Part shown: positions 12,926 through 26,486 of the stretch, piece after piece
Layout: each line of letters opens with the position of its first letter
Position numbering within the stretch: position 1 is the first letter of the stretch
NCBI GenBank assembly: GCA_964016885.1
Contig: OZ024740.1
Coordinates: 287,184,001 to 287,248,000 of the forward strand
Length of the DNA: 64,000 nt
Source of the DNA: Eledone cirrhosa
Taxonomy: Eukaryota
Direction: 5' to 3'
The notes under the pieces: model-generated
Told to the model about the DNA's origin: nothing
The model's database searches: none
The model's input: the letters and a program-made list of their open reading frames with translations, nothing else
Program-made: the position numbers and the translations under genes

Positions 12926-12989
12926 TGGAAACCACAACAAATAAGATTCACACTAATTGCATATACAGGGCTAACAGTAGTGGGACCGT

Positions 12990-15750
12990 CATCAAGCAAT
13001 CACACAGCCTTTCCCTCCTCCAAGTACATAGAACTTCTCAAGGAACTAACAACTATCAAGATACAAATCTCAAGACTGCCACTCTCACTGTTGGCACCCT
13101 GAAAGGTAAATCAGGTGAAATTGTGGAGCAATTAGAGAGAGAAGTGGATGCATGCGATGTATAAGAGGTGAAATGGAGGAGTCCCGCAGCAAACAAAATA
13201 GATACAAACTTCACTGAGTAGGAAATGATGATGGGGTAGGCCTTCTACTAGCTGAGAATTGGATAGATAGGGGGATAAAAGTAATTAGAGTAAATGACAG
13301 AATTATTAAGCATAGACTAACTGTAGGAAATGGAATGGTGGCAATTACATCTGCTTATACCCCACAGGCAGAACTGAGTAAAGAACAAAAGGACAGGCTA
13401 TATAAGGAACTTTTACAGAGAACTTCAGTTATTGATGAGAGAGACTTCATCATCCTGGCAAGCAACTTTAATGGACAAATTCATTGGAATTCACGGTGGC
13501 TATGATTATGATTCAAAAAATGAAGGAGTGAGGCCCCTGTAATTCTGTGATGCAAATGAACTAACCATTTGCAACATAAATTTCAGGAAACTGGTTAGCC
13601 ATCTAGAACACACAAGCCAAATTGATTTCTTACAAAGACGAGAGAAATGAACTGCAATAAATACGAAGGCCTCTGGGGAAGAATGTGCTGCCATCAGAAT
13701 AAACACAAGACAAAACAAGATACACAGGAAAACATGGAGACAGAGGGTTTGGAAGCTAAAGGACCTTTCTGTTAAATATAAGTGCATTTGACAAGCTTGA
13801 TACATATAATATACAAGACAATTAGAAATTCTTGCGTGACAACCTTTTTCGAACTACAGATGAGACTTGTGGCTAGAGTAAAGTGCCAGCCAGACAGAGG
13901 GTGACCTAGTGGTGGAATAGTGCCATGGATAGAGCCATTAAAGACAAGAGACAGGTGTGGAAAGACTGGAAAAATGGGGGTAGCAGAGACTAGTATCAGG
14001 TAACTAAGAGAAACAGATATACACAGCTTCGAGAGAAGCTTAAAAAAAAAGTTTGCGACATGAGGATCAGAGACGTGAAGTGTTCCACATTGCAAGGCAG
14101 TCTGTCAGTGTGAATCAGAATTCAGAATGTTGTTTGGGAAGAAAAACATGACACTAGGGCACTTAGAACCACTGATGCTCAAAAGAAAGAGGCCCAGAAA
14201 TATTATTATGAGAGGCTGATAAATATAGAGAATAAATGGGAGTAGGAGAGACATACCCAATAGAAGGACCAACTATTAAAATTGACAGTTATAGGGTCAA
14301 AGAAGCAATCAAGAAGATGAAGAATGGTAAAGCTGCGGGACTGTCAGAGATAGTTACCAAGATGCTAAAAGCATCGGGAGAAGTAGGAGTCAATCAGGTA
14401 ATACAGGACAGAGTCATGCCCAATGACTGGTGCAGCAGTACAATCATAAATTGCCACAAGAGTACAAGAGCAGGCGATGCTCTAGAAAGGAGCAATTCTA
14501 GAGGAATAAAACTAATGGACCAAGTTATGAAAGTGACGGAGTCATCATCATCACCGTTTTACATCCGTTCTTCCACGCTAGCATGGGTTAGACGGGTTGT
14601 CCTGTTGTGGGCAGTGTCTGGTCGGCTGACCATGCCTTGCTCATACAGGAACTGATTTGGCTTGATTTCTACAGCTGGATGCCCTTCCTAACACCAACCT
14701 CATTTACAGTGAGTGCTGGGTGCTTTTTCGTGGCGCCTACACGTCCACTTTACAGTGTGGACTGGGTGCTCTTTTGCCGTGGCACCTCCACGACCACCTT
14801 GCAGTGGGGGGTGTGGGGGTATATTGTCTATATGTCATATTACAGCTAATTAGGGAAAAGAGTCAAATTAGATGAAATGCAGTTCGGTTTCACATCTGGG
14901 AAAAGTACTACAGATACACTCTTTTTAGTGAGGCAACTAAAAGAGAAGTTCCTAGCCAAGAATAAGCTGCTATATTTAGCTATTGTTCATCTAGAAAAGG
15001 CCTTTGACAGAGTACCTCGAGTATAATGAAATTAGTTGTGAGAGCAGTGCAAGCCATGTACAGAGAAGCTGTCAGTAAAGTGAGAGTAGGAAGTGAGTTT
15101 AGTGAGGTAGTTCATCAAAGTTCAGTTCTTAGCCCACTACTGTTCATCATAGTTCTCCAGGCCATAACAGAGGAGTTTAAAACTGGCTGTCCATTGGAAT
15201 TCTGTGCAGATATAAACATTTTCCAGTCACTTGAAGGTTGATAGCTTGTTATCTAGGTGACTTAATTAGCAGTGACAGATGGTGCTCTGAAAGCATAGAA
15301 TAGCTAGAATAAGGATAGGATGGAAGAAGTTTAGAAACCTACTCCCAATGTTGACAACAAAAAGTTTCTCTGACATACCAAAAAAAAACTGACTGTATGA
15401 TGCCTGTGAACATGCAATGGTGCATGGTAGTGAAACATGACCAGTGACTGCAGAGGACATGCATAGGTTGGAGAGAAATGAAATAGCCATGCTTCATTGG
15501 ATGTGCAATGTAATTGTGAGAGAAATGGATGAACTGAGCGTGAAACTAGGTTTAAGAGGAATCTGAAGTGGTGTGCATTGGTACGATGTGATGCATATGG
15601 ATGATGATCAATGGGTGAAAAAGTACCACGAAGAAGCTGCAGTAGAGATAATCCAAGGAAGACCTGAGCAAAGGTGTGAGAGCTGATCTCAAATCACTGA
15701 GACTCAGAGATGACGAAGGAATACAGCGAATAGAGAGATGCTGCTGATGA
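12990..15750 (+). pseudogene. Decayed near-complete RTE-X-type ORF2 (endonuclease to C-terminus)
   Basis: Starts with APE motif I (KTATLTVGTLKGKSGEIVE...EVKW), then MKNGKAAG, SRGIKLMDQVMKV, HQSSVLSPLLF; numerous stops. Confidence 0.88.
14546..14833 (-). mobile_element. RTE 3'UTR-only insertion within LINE copy
   Basis: (CAT)n plus tail motif similar to 4659-4980; GTCAT duplicated at 14541-14545 and 14834-14838. Confidence 0.78.
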
Positions 15751-15957
15751 TATATATAAATAAAATTTAATATATATTTATATAAAACATATCTATATAC
15801 ATATATATACATAAATACAAACATACATTTATAGATATCTATATATATTGGCGTAACCTTATAACTTATTAGTTAAACCATACAATGTAAAGAAAAAATA
15901 TATATATATAAAATATCTATCTTTATATAATACTCTCTCCCCCCCTCTCTCTCTCTC

Positions 15958-15988
<31 letters not shown>

Positions 15989-16124
15989 TACAATAATTGA
16001 GTTACTAATAAATAATACAGACAACAAAGAAAGATATGGTGCTCTTTGATACAATAATGATGAAGTAAAAAGATTGCGTCAGGTTCTTTACTACTAAACA
16101 CCCAATCAGTATTCAGGAACATAC

Positions 16125-16152
16125 AGAGCTTCTTTCTATCCGTATCTACCAT
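16125..16152 (-). CDS. TRABD: Candidate first coding exon of TRABD (MVDTDRKKL; alternative in-frame ATG at 16203)
   Basis: AGAATGG start context; donor T|GTATGT in phase 1, matching the phase-1 acceptor at 11986; lies in CpG-containing unique sequence. Inferred from phase only. Confidence 0.5.
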
Positions 16153-17418
16153 TCTCCAAGACAGAGAATCACGTGAAAATAGCGAACAGATTGTGTGGTT
16201 CATGAATAGAAGAACATCTAGTTATATAATGAATGACTTTGGAAAATTCCATCAAGCAAGAATCGAAAAGAGGTGCGACGTCATCTGTTATCAGCATCAA
16301 ATTAATAGAATGTTATATTATTATATGCCGGCACGTTATTAGATAGTACTAATTTCTATAGGAAGCGATGGATTTAATGACCAGGTAGTATATAACTGGT
16401 ATCTATTTTATGGAATAATTCTAGTAAAAGTATTATGATAGTTAATTTATTTAACACTGATTAAAATGACCTTTAATCAAAAGGGTTCTAACTGTGACCA
16501 TTCCATGTGTTTAGTGAATGTAGAAATGACCACATTATCCAATGAGACAGTTTTCCTTTGAGGATAGAATGTGATTTGAGATAGATTTGGCTACTATTTC
16601 TAGCAGGTCGGTGGAGAGACCACGTAGGTGCTCGTTTGATGGATTTCCCACATAGGTACAGGTTGGGCACGTTTTGGAAGACGATACTGTGTATATCATT
16701 CCAAGAATGATGGAGGGTAAATTCGACTTAAGTAAGATTGAACTTAGAATGTAAACAGAAGTAATAGCGGCCCAATACAATGAATTTACTTGGATTGGAG
16801 GGATTTAATCGACCGTAGTATTTAATAATAATTTACTTTCCCTTTTTTTTTTCAACCCCGTATTTTATAGACTTCGAAAGGCTTTAAAAAATACTCTCCA
16901 CTCCGACAAGATCAATTACCGAAACGAAGTGGTACTGGAAACTGCCACCACACTTTTTTAACGGCTTTGCCGGGATGAAAGATTAATTGGCAGTAGAAAG
17001 ATGTGAGATTCAAAGTGAAAGATTTCAGTCAAAATCCCAAGAAGCCAGCAAGACTGTTTTCTACAATGACGAAAAAACGAAATAACAAAGAGAGAATGCG
17101 AGTAAGGGGAGACTGATTCCAAATTGTATCGCGGGAAGTAAAAACGGTATCAACACCATCAACGAACCAAACTAAATACTGTTTAAAAGTGGAATCACAG
17201 ATTTTTATATAGCAATTATCTTTCGCTTAAACTAGAACGGAAAATAAGCTTCAAGAATAAAAAAAAAAATTAAAGAGAAAAAAATTATTTTTCATAATTA
17301 ACGTTATTTCGTTTCGGTTATTGTCGTTGAAAGTGGATTTATTGGTTTTATTTTAAATCGATTTTAAGCATTTATATTCTTAAATTTAATGCATTCAGGC
17401 TTCAAGAAGCTTCCTTTG

Positions 17419-17461
<43 letters not shown>

Positions 17462-17750
17462 CAATAGCACATACTTCTGGCAAAGCCAGACTGACTATCA
17501 TAAAGCAGTAGCAACTGTAGTAGTACCACACGCACACAATGTTAGACACGCGCTTACCACCTGTTATTTAAGACAATTCACACACAAAATAATCGAAGGG
17601 GAAAACAATGACATAATTTTATTAAATCGTAATTAAAATATGTAAATCATTCTCTAATTTGGATTTTAGAAATTTTAAACCAAAACCCTGAATACTGCCT
17701 GTTTGAATCTGTGATATGCGTAATATATATATATATATATATATATATAT

Positions 17751-17874
17751 TCTTTATTAGGGCCAAGTTTGAGTCATGTTATTCTCGAGTTTCTCTTGTG
17801 TACAGGCCGATGACCCTTTGAGTACACAGGAGACACTCCTGAGTAACAAGACTAAAAATTGGCCTTAATAAAGA
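17751..17874. repeat. Imperfect inverted repeat (53-nt arms, 18-nt loop) abutting a (TA)n tract
   Basis: Arm 17751-17803 matches the reverse complement of 17822-17874 at 44/53 positions. Confidence 0.85.
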
Positions 17875-18399
17875 AAATATTAATATCTACTATAGTACTG
17901 AGTATTCATTCTAGCGACCATCTTTACTAAGCGGATATCTATATCTATATTACCAATTGAACACACACACACACTGACGTTTAAAACAGAAATCCGAGAA
18001 AATAATAAAGAATATGTTACGAGGAGTGTATATTTCGAAAATCCGTGTATATGTATGAGTATACACGCACATGATTATTTTAAATTTTTCAATTGCTATA
18101 ATGAAATAGTGTCAAGGAACAAATCTATAAATGTAAATAGAAAAATTAGCTAAAGTAGCACGTCAAAATCGAAGATCATTCAAAGAAACATATTCTTCAA
18201 ACACAGACGTGACATTAAAATATATTAAAACTAATTGTCATTAATAGAAAAACTGTATATCAGATTCCTCGTTCATCCAATAATGTATATTCGTTTGCTA
18301 TAAAGTGAATTACTGCATATGTGAGTATATATCAGTGTGACACGAAAAGATGTAATCCATGTCAGAAACTACAAAATGTAGTACCTTAGTGTGTAAAAA

Positions 18400-18960
18400 C
18401 CGGCAACATATCGCTGTTTTGTCTACCTGACCTGACACTACTCTCACACGCGGAGATACTGCAATGTATAGCTTTAACACGGAAGTTAAACATTGCCACA
18501 AAGAAAATCTGGTTATATTAATAAGTAGAAATGTGACCCTGACAACATATCACCGTATTTCGAGAGAAATGTGAACGCTTATTCCCTTAATAAATTGTTT
18601 TCTGTATTCGTATCCACATTCACCGACTCTCTTTGTATGTTTCATTAAAACCATAGGGCAGATGCTAGAACAAATGACATTAACTTAGTCCCCAAAGGAA
18701 GGAACTAGAGCTATAATATGTTAGGAACAGAACTCGGAAATATGGACTAGATGAATACAATTGAAAGTAAACAAAAATATAGTAGTGTTTTAAACAGAAC
18801 TTACTTGACGTATCAACTTGAGGCTCAGCCATTACTAATACAGCAACTATCCTTGTATACACAACAAACTATGACGTCATCAGTTTATGCGGATACAGTA
18901 CACGTGGCATGTCGTGAACTAAGTTTGGTTATAGAATTTCCCATTTTATTGATTTCAGCG
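18400..18960. promoter_or_regulatory. Candidate (possibly bidirectional) promoter region
   Basis: CpG-retaining unique DNA between divergent genes: CGGAAGT (ETS-like, 18480-18486), TGACGT (18806-18811), palindromic CRE ATGACGTCAT (18871-18880), E-box CACGTG (18901-18906). Confidence 0.5.
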
Positions 18961-19261
18961 ATGACAACAGAGCGGTAAATCTGATTATTACATGTTGACA
19001 AAATGACTGACTATTATGATTTCAATGGATCCTGCTCGTAAAATTGTCCTCCCCATTAATTGTCAACATTGCTTATCGTTCGTCTCAGAAACTTAGTTGT
19101 ACTTTAAATCAGATTCTCTCTTAGAGATACATAAATTTTATATAAATATGTAGATAATATCTGTTATTTCAGCCACCCACTCAAATTTCTGGATATCTAC
19201 CTTTATTGGATTTCAACTCCCCATTGACGAGTACATTAGTAATATTTACTATTTAACAAGC

Positions 19262-19369
19262 ATGGGGAATTACCAAAATCAACAGATACTACCAGAAGTT
19301 AGTTTTAAGGAGAAGGGCAAAGAATTAAATGTACGAGGAAAAGTACGATCTATTTCTGATTACTTACAG
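19262..19369 (+). CDS. First coding exon of uncharacterised LRR gene
   Basis: AGC-ATG-G Kozak context; MGNYQNQQILPEVSFKEKGKELNVRGKVRSISDYLQ; perfect donor CAG|GTAAGT; 108 nt, phase 0, matching the acceptor at 31162. Confidence 0.75.
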
Positions 19370-20690
19370 GTAAGTTGTAAATAGTTTGTTAACAATCATA
19401 AATTGGAGAAAAGCATCTCTTACAAGGGAGCTATAGTCTGATGTCTTTTACAATATCAATTAACTTCATATGTGCGTAGAATTCCGGATAGAGGTACATT
19501 ATTCGTCTTAGCGTAGATTTTTTAAGCCCTCCTCCCTAACTTTTATATGCCTTTTAATAATGATCTACAGATTTTGTTTTGAACAACAGAGATTCAGAAT
19601 TTCAACAACACCAGAAACTATTTAGGTTTAAAGGATGTACAGCTGCAGTAATTTCATTTTTGTATGTGAATATGATTCTTTTGCATTTGAAGTGAATATT
19701 TTGCTTGCAATTGTAACTTTTCGACCCTAATAAATTGAAACTAGACTTACAAAAACAATAAGGATTCGTAATTGAAATTTTTATAAATATATTTATATAT
19801 TAATTACACGGAGAAGAAATAATTGTTTCTACATTTGGCACAAGGTCAGTGAACACGGAGAAATAACACGATTATCTTGTAGCAGCTGTTGAAAGGAATC
19901 TTGAAATGCGAAGTGTCAAAAGGATCGCAATACTAAAAACCTTATCGATGTGTGTGGCAGTCACCCCATCCACTTTTTTTTTCCTTTCTAGTCATTAATA
20001 ATACAATTGATTGTATCGACACAGATAGATGGAATTAAATTTTCAAAGCATTTGTTAAATAATCATATTTGGATGTTTGACATCTGCAAATTAGATTATC
20101 GTATAGTTGTGGGTCACTCGAACTGAGAATCTCTTTTTTTTCTCGCCGCATTTTGAATGCATTTTTGTTATTGGTTTATTTGTTTTTCTGTGTTAATATT
20201 TTTCTCTTTTAGCACATTCTTAACTTCACCACATAACATCATTAATTCTCTGAAGATTATGCATAACGATGTATATTCTTTCGTGAGTACGTGCACATAT
20301 GTTCTCTAGTGTTGATGAAAATCTCATAATATTGGCCCCTTTCCTCTAAATTACATGCATGCGAGTTAACCCTTCAAAGTACATGTAATATAACGAAGGT
20401 TGACAAATATTGAGTGTCGGTCGTGTTCATTGAATAAAAGATGTGTTCATTAGACTGCTGCCAGTGTACATGTTAAAACTTGTCCTTTATTTGGGTTTTG
20501 TTTATATTTAGAGCTAACAGAAATCGGTTAAGTAATGTGTTTATTCAAATAACATATCTTATTCGTGTTAATCGTTGCTGTGTCTTGCTTGTCTAATGAT
20601 TTTTGACATTAATTATATAGACCGCGAAAAAATAAATCTGACAAAAATATCTATATCTTCCATCGATCTAACATTAAAGTGTTAATATTA

Positions 20691-20932
20691 GGTTGTGTGT
20701 AAACTATCGGTCACGTTGTAGGAAGTGGTGTATGCGATAGAGAAAGACAGAACTAAAAGAATTACTTTTTAAAACTTTGGTCACGCCAAGGATGTGTGTG
20801 CAATACAAAGAGGTTGTGTGTAAACTATCGGTCACGTTGTAGGAAGTGGTGTATGCGATAGATAAAGACAGAACTAAAAGAATTACTTTTTAAAACTTTG
20901 GTCACGCCAAGGATGTGTGTGCAATACAAAGA
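20691..20932. repeat. 121-bp direct tandem duplication
   Basis: 20691-20811 and 20812-20932 differ at one base (GATAGAGAAAG vs GATAGATAAAG). Confidence 0.95.
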
Positions 20933-21279
20933 GAGATGGTGTTGATCGTTGCAGCAAACGGTCGACTTTTATTTTTTAATCTCACGCCTTTATGTAAAGG
21001 GGTGGTAAGAGTATATGAGAGAGATAAGACGAATTACGCTGTGGAAATGCAACAGTAAGAGTGTGGGAGAGAAAGAGAGAGATGGTAGTAGTGGAGATGG
21101 TATTGAAAATTTCTTCTTTTTTTTTTTGTTTAAACCAATGATGTATCAAAAATATTGTTTATACGCAAATTATGAGTAAAATATTTCATTTTAATAGTTT
21201 CATTCATTTGTTAAATTTATTTGATATGTCATAATATGTAATACACACATATTTATGTATGTGTGTGTATAAAGAAGGT

Positions 21280-22200
21280 ATCATGGAAGTGCCACTATGA
21301 AAGACTACTAAATGAGGAGAATGAAAGAGATGAAGAGAGTTTACTCCAAGTTAACCTAACAGAGGGACCGGCTAAGTCAGCAGTAGTATAGTAAGGTAAT
21401 CAAGGATATGAAGACAGGCAAAGCAGCTGGACCTTCGGTGATAGTTGCCGAGATGCTGAAAGCATCTGGGACAGTAGGTCATTCCATGTCCACCCGTATG
21501 TAAACCAAGTAATACAAAACGGTGTCGTACCCAATGATTGGCATAGCAGCATCATTGTCAACTGCTACAAGTGCAAAGGAGATGCTCAAGACAGAAAACT
21601 ATAAAGGCATTGAGGTTACAGAAAGAGTTATCGCACAGCTGATTAGGGAGCTATGGAGTAGGAAGACCTGACCTTGCACAATTGCACCTCTCAAAACAAT
21701 GACACAGGATTGAGATCTTTGGCGATACGCAGTAATACAGAAGACCCGCCTTTCCATGCACATAGATTGAAGCATACATCTAGTATGCACCTCTTGACCA
21801 TTATCTTCTCTCTCACTTCCATACACCGCCCATGCCCTAGCACCCCACTCATATCTGATCACACCTCCCTTGCCCTAGTCCCCATTTCACACTGTAAAGC
21901 GGTCATGTTGGTATCACAACAAAAAGCATCCAGCCCACACCGTAAAGTGGTCATGTAGTTGTCACAACAAAATGCACCCAGCCCACACTATAAAGTGGTC
22001 ATGTAGATGTCACAACAAAATACACCCAGCAAACAATGTAAATGTGGTTGGCGTTAGGAAAGGCATCCAGCTGTAGAAACCAAGCCAGAAACAGTTCTAT
22101 ATGAGGAAGACACAGTCACCAGATCCAACTTACCTCAAACGGAACAACCCATCTAATCCATGCTAGAGTGAAAAATAGATGTTAAACAATGATGATGATA
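21280..22200 (+). pseudogene. Internally deleted RTE-X-type LINE fragment with 3'UTR and (GAT)n tail
   Basis: IKDMKTGKAAGPSVIVAEMLKASGTVGH, nearly as in the 4659-7508 element; tail AATAGATGTTAAACAATGATGATGA at about 22175-22199. Confidence 0.8.
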
Positions 22201-22204
22201 TAAA

Positions 22205-22232
22205 ACCATGGAATTTCCATGGTAATAGCTAG
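22205..22232 (+). mobile_element. Isolated Helitron-like 3' terminus
   Basis: Hairpin ACCATGGAA-T-TTCCATGGT, then CTAG (22229-22232) followed by T; same motif as 1521-1547. Confidence 0.45.
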
Positions 22233-23689
22233 TTGATATGATTATAAAGTAAAACAGAGCTACTGACCTCTCAGATAGACTGAGGACCTGCATCTCAACC
22301 AGGTGTTTATACAGGCCTGCATCTCACATGTTCCTGTACTCAACCGAGTTCATTTATTGTGGCACCAGCACTGGAAAGGTTATCATGTCTTTGACACAGC
22401 TGAAAAGACCTCCTGCAGGTTTTCTGCATCTGAATGCCCTTCCTATCACCATCTCTAGGAAGGTTGTTATGTCTTTTACATGGCTGATGAGTCATATATA
22501 TAAAAATATAAGGCCAGGAAAGATTAACAAAGTGCTAGAAAGATACCAAATCGAGAACAGTGTCAAGAAAGAAATGGGTGTAAGCTGTCCATTTGGTAGT
22601 AGTTAAAAGCAAAGAGTGAATAGGATGAAAGTCTTCAAAAAGAACTTTTCCCTGGTGAGATTTTGGAAGATTCTTGATTTAGCCACTGTCAACTCTAAAC
22701 ACACTCACTAATACTCAACTCAAACTCACCTATTTCCTTACCACGCCTTCTTCCCTATAACCCCAAACTCATCTTTCAACAAAGATTTAAGAGACCTTAG
22801 TCTTATTAAACAGCACCAAACATTAACCACAGCATTTAGGAAATACCCAGAATCAAGTCTAAAATCCCAGGCACCAAAATAATAATTTTTTTTTGTTCCC
22901 CAGTGTTATCTGTGAAGCAAGTAGTACAGTTATCTAGCAGGAAAAAATAATTACAATACTTAATCAGAGAAGAAATAATGGCAGATTGTATGTCATGACC
23001 AGATTGATTCTCTTCAACAAATGCGACTTAGGAAGTGCTTCTTTTGGTATGGTTATGCACTTTGTTGTCCACAAGGTGAATACATCTGCAATGGTATTAT
23101 GCAAGAGTCCCTCCTCCCTCCTGGAATGACGTAAACAGCAAGGTGGGCAACTGAAAATATGGATTACTCCAATCAATTTGGATCTTGAATTAATATCTAG
23201 CCTTTGTATATATCGTGTCTGTTATTGGAATCATGACTGATTGATGATCTCCATGTCAGACATTTGTGATCATCAAGCTTCTGTTCATGATGCTATGGTT
23301 TCATTGGTTAGAGCTGGTTCAACCCATCCATTGTAGATGTTGATATAAGTGTAAGTAATTGCAAACTCTAAGTCATCTAATCAATATCATGGTCATCTGG
23401 CAAATAACATATCTAGTTTGAATTTCATAAATGTCCCAAATGCTCTTTTTTTTTTGTCTCATACTGGTGCTTATAATGTCTATTAAATTGTCAATGATGG
23501 AATGGCAGAATCTGTAGAGCATCAAACAAAATGTCTTCATGGGAACCTCATAGGAATGGTCCTTTTGCTGCTATTGCAAGAATCATTGTTGCTGGGGTGT
23601 TGCCTAAGCTTGTTAATTATTCTGTCCTATTCTGATTATGTCAATTAGGTTATCTATCTATTTCTCTAGTTAACAGAGCAGTTACTCAC

Positions 23690-24066
23690 CCAAAAGAATT
23701 TGTACCATGCCAGTATATGCACAGAGACTGGAGAGGAATGAAGTGAGCATGCTCCATTGGATATGTAATGTTAGTGTGCATGAACAATGAAGCATGAATA
23801 AACTGAAAAGTTGGATATAAGAGGAATTAGATGTATGCAAATGAGAAAATTGTGCTGGTATGGACGTATGAATGATGAATGCTGGATGAAGAAGTGCCAG
23901 TGGAGAGAAGCTGCAATAGAGAAAGACTGAGAAAAACCTGAGCAGAGGTGGTAGAACTGATCTCAAAATGCTGAACCTCACAGATGAGCTGACAAAGGAA
24001 CCTACAAGTGGAGGATGACCCATTCTATGCAAGCATAGAAAACGAGACATAAAAATGGCGATGATT
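23690..24066 (+). pseudogene. Decayed RTE 3' fragment
   Basis: RLERNEVSMLHWICNVSV motif plus family tail CTATGCAAGCATAGAAAACGAGACAT...GATGAT. Confidence 0.75.
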
Positions 24067-26486
24067 TACTGATTCTGCAGTTCACACTTTAAAAATAATC
24101 ATTTTTCTTTGATCATTATATTTGAACATAAAATGTTGTAGTACATAGTCCTTGCATTAGCATGGGTCTCAACACTAAGAGTAATGGATGAGATTACTTC
24201 TGTTAATAGTCCGATGTTAGATTTGGTATGATGGGGCAGAGAATAGAGTAAGACTTCCATTAGAGCAGAAATGATGAGAATGTACACAGAAAACTGGTCA
24301 AATAAATATGAGGGACAAGACCTAAATCATCATTGTTTGACTGCAGTAGCAGATGACCACAATCCTCCTCCATCTATTGCAGCTTCCATAATCAGTTGTG
24401 ATGCCACGACCAGGAGATTAGCCCTGGTTATCAGTGGAATTTGAACTCAGAGTGTAAAATGCCAGAACAGACCGGAAGGCAACTTGTTGGGTGATATAAC
24501 AATTCTGCTAATCAACTGCCATAGGACTTATACTTTATTTTATCAAACTTGAAGGGATAAAAGACAAGGTTGACTGCAGCAAGATTTAAACTCAGAATGC
24601 AGAGAACCAAAAATAAGACCTAATGACTTTGCTGATTTGCTGCCTATATCAATTGCAATTATATCAATAAATATAATTTGTCAAGACTATAAAGTACAAT
24701 ACTATAGCCATTTTTTTTATGTTAAAACAAATGGTAACTTGCTTTTATATATTTTTAACTTACTAACAAATTTTTCACTCTTAAAATAATCCTTTCAACT
24801 AATATACACCATCTTATTTAAATCAATTGTTTCCTGCACATCATTTGTGGTTTTATGTTTATGCTAGAAATCTTTATTATTGATAGCATTGTCATAATGC
24901 TAAAAACTGGATCTTTGGTTGCTTGAAGCAGTTGGCACACCTTACTCACAACTACTTCTAAAAAAAAAAAAAAAATACACATTTACAATGCCTACCTCTA
25001 GTTAAAGGAGGAATACTTTTTTATTAAATATCTTATTATTGGGATTATAGCATAATAAAATTGGGTTATAAACAAAACTAATTACACTAAAGTGTATTGC
25101 CTAAGTTCACTATAAGATATTTGTTTGGTGTGTGGTTACAAGTCGGCAAAGCCACACATCTCTTCATCCCTCTTAATTTTTGAAAATCATGAAATTTGTG
25201 AAACCGGTAAAGTTTTAAGTTATTGTAAATAAACCTTCTTAAAGACTCCAATTGCATTTTCAGCTTACTTTTCCTATCTATCTATCTATCTAATGGGCCT
25301 TCTCTCTATATCAGCCTGTAGGTTGAGGAAAAGGAGGAGGAGAGGAAAGGAGTACAAGCTCTTCGTACTCCTGGAGATGAGGGTTGCACATTTTTTTTCG
25401 GGGGTATGTGTTACCCATATAAACTGTCTCCCTCTATTGGGGAAAATCGACTAACTTTTTAAATTCCATTTGTGATAACATTTTACACGTTTTTATTGTA
25501 TGTAAACTTCCCCCTTTGTATTTGTCCCCTTCTTTTGTGCCCCTGTGGCTAATAAAGAAATATATCTATCTATATATATATATATATATCACCATCATCA
25601 TTTAATATGTTTTTGTCTGCTAGTAAAGGTCTTATATATGTATGTGTATGTGCACAAACACATATGATCAATCATATATACATGCACACAGTGCATATCA
25701 TTTGGTAGCAGTCATCCACACGTTTTGATGATGTATTACTTGTCTCTTCACTGAAGTTCCTAAGTCATGATGATGATTCATTTAATAGAGTCCGGCCTAA
25801 ACCAGCTGTCTCAATAATGATAATAATGATGATGAGGAGGACAAACACACATACAGCATATACCTGCTGTTGTTTATTCCTACTTATGCATGTGCCCATA
25901 CATACACACACACACTGTGTGTATATATGTTATTGATTATGCATTTCTATACATACATATGTAGTATTTACACCTCCTAGCGTTTATTTATACACGCATA
26001 CATTGCATGCATCCCTCCACACAGCTATATACACAAAGATTCCAAAAGTCTTTATTGAATTCTGTCACAGGTAATTGCTATTATAAATTAGTTCCACTGG
26101 GACCAGCTGTATCAACTAATATAACTGTCCCCCCTCTCTTACACATGCACACATAATATACACCTGGTTACATATACTCACACTTAGCAAATATTGAATG
26201 GGTTGGTAGGGGTAGGGTGGAACTACCTCCTTATCAACTATTTGATTATAGGATTATAACATCAAAGAAAGTCAATAGAACTGCTGCTGCAAATCAGTGA
26301 TCAATAAGTTCTTCCTACCTACTGGCTTTTGTTTTCACTGCTTTGACCATAGGTACAATACAGTGCTCACAACAAGATATGAACCATCAATTTCTTGGCT
26401 ATCCACCTTTTTTTTTTTTTTTACCCAATTGCCTTAAACCACTTCTGGTTCTATGATACAAACTTTTGTTTTAAAGTGTTTATATT

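Noticed and set aside
19262-19285. N-myristoylation signal MGNYQNQ
   Set aside because: Gly2-Asn3 is compatible but position 6 is Asn rather than Ser/Thr; too weak to call.
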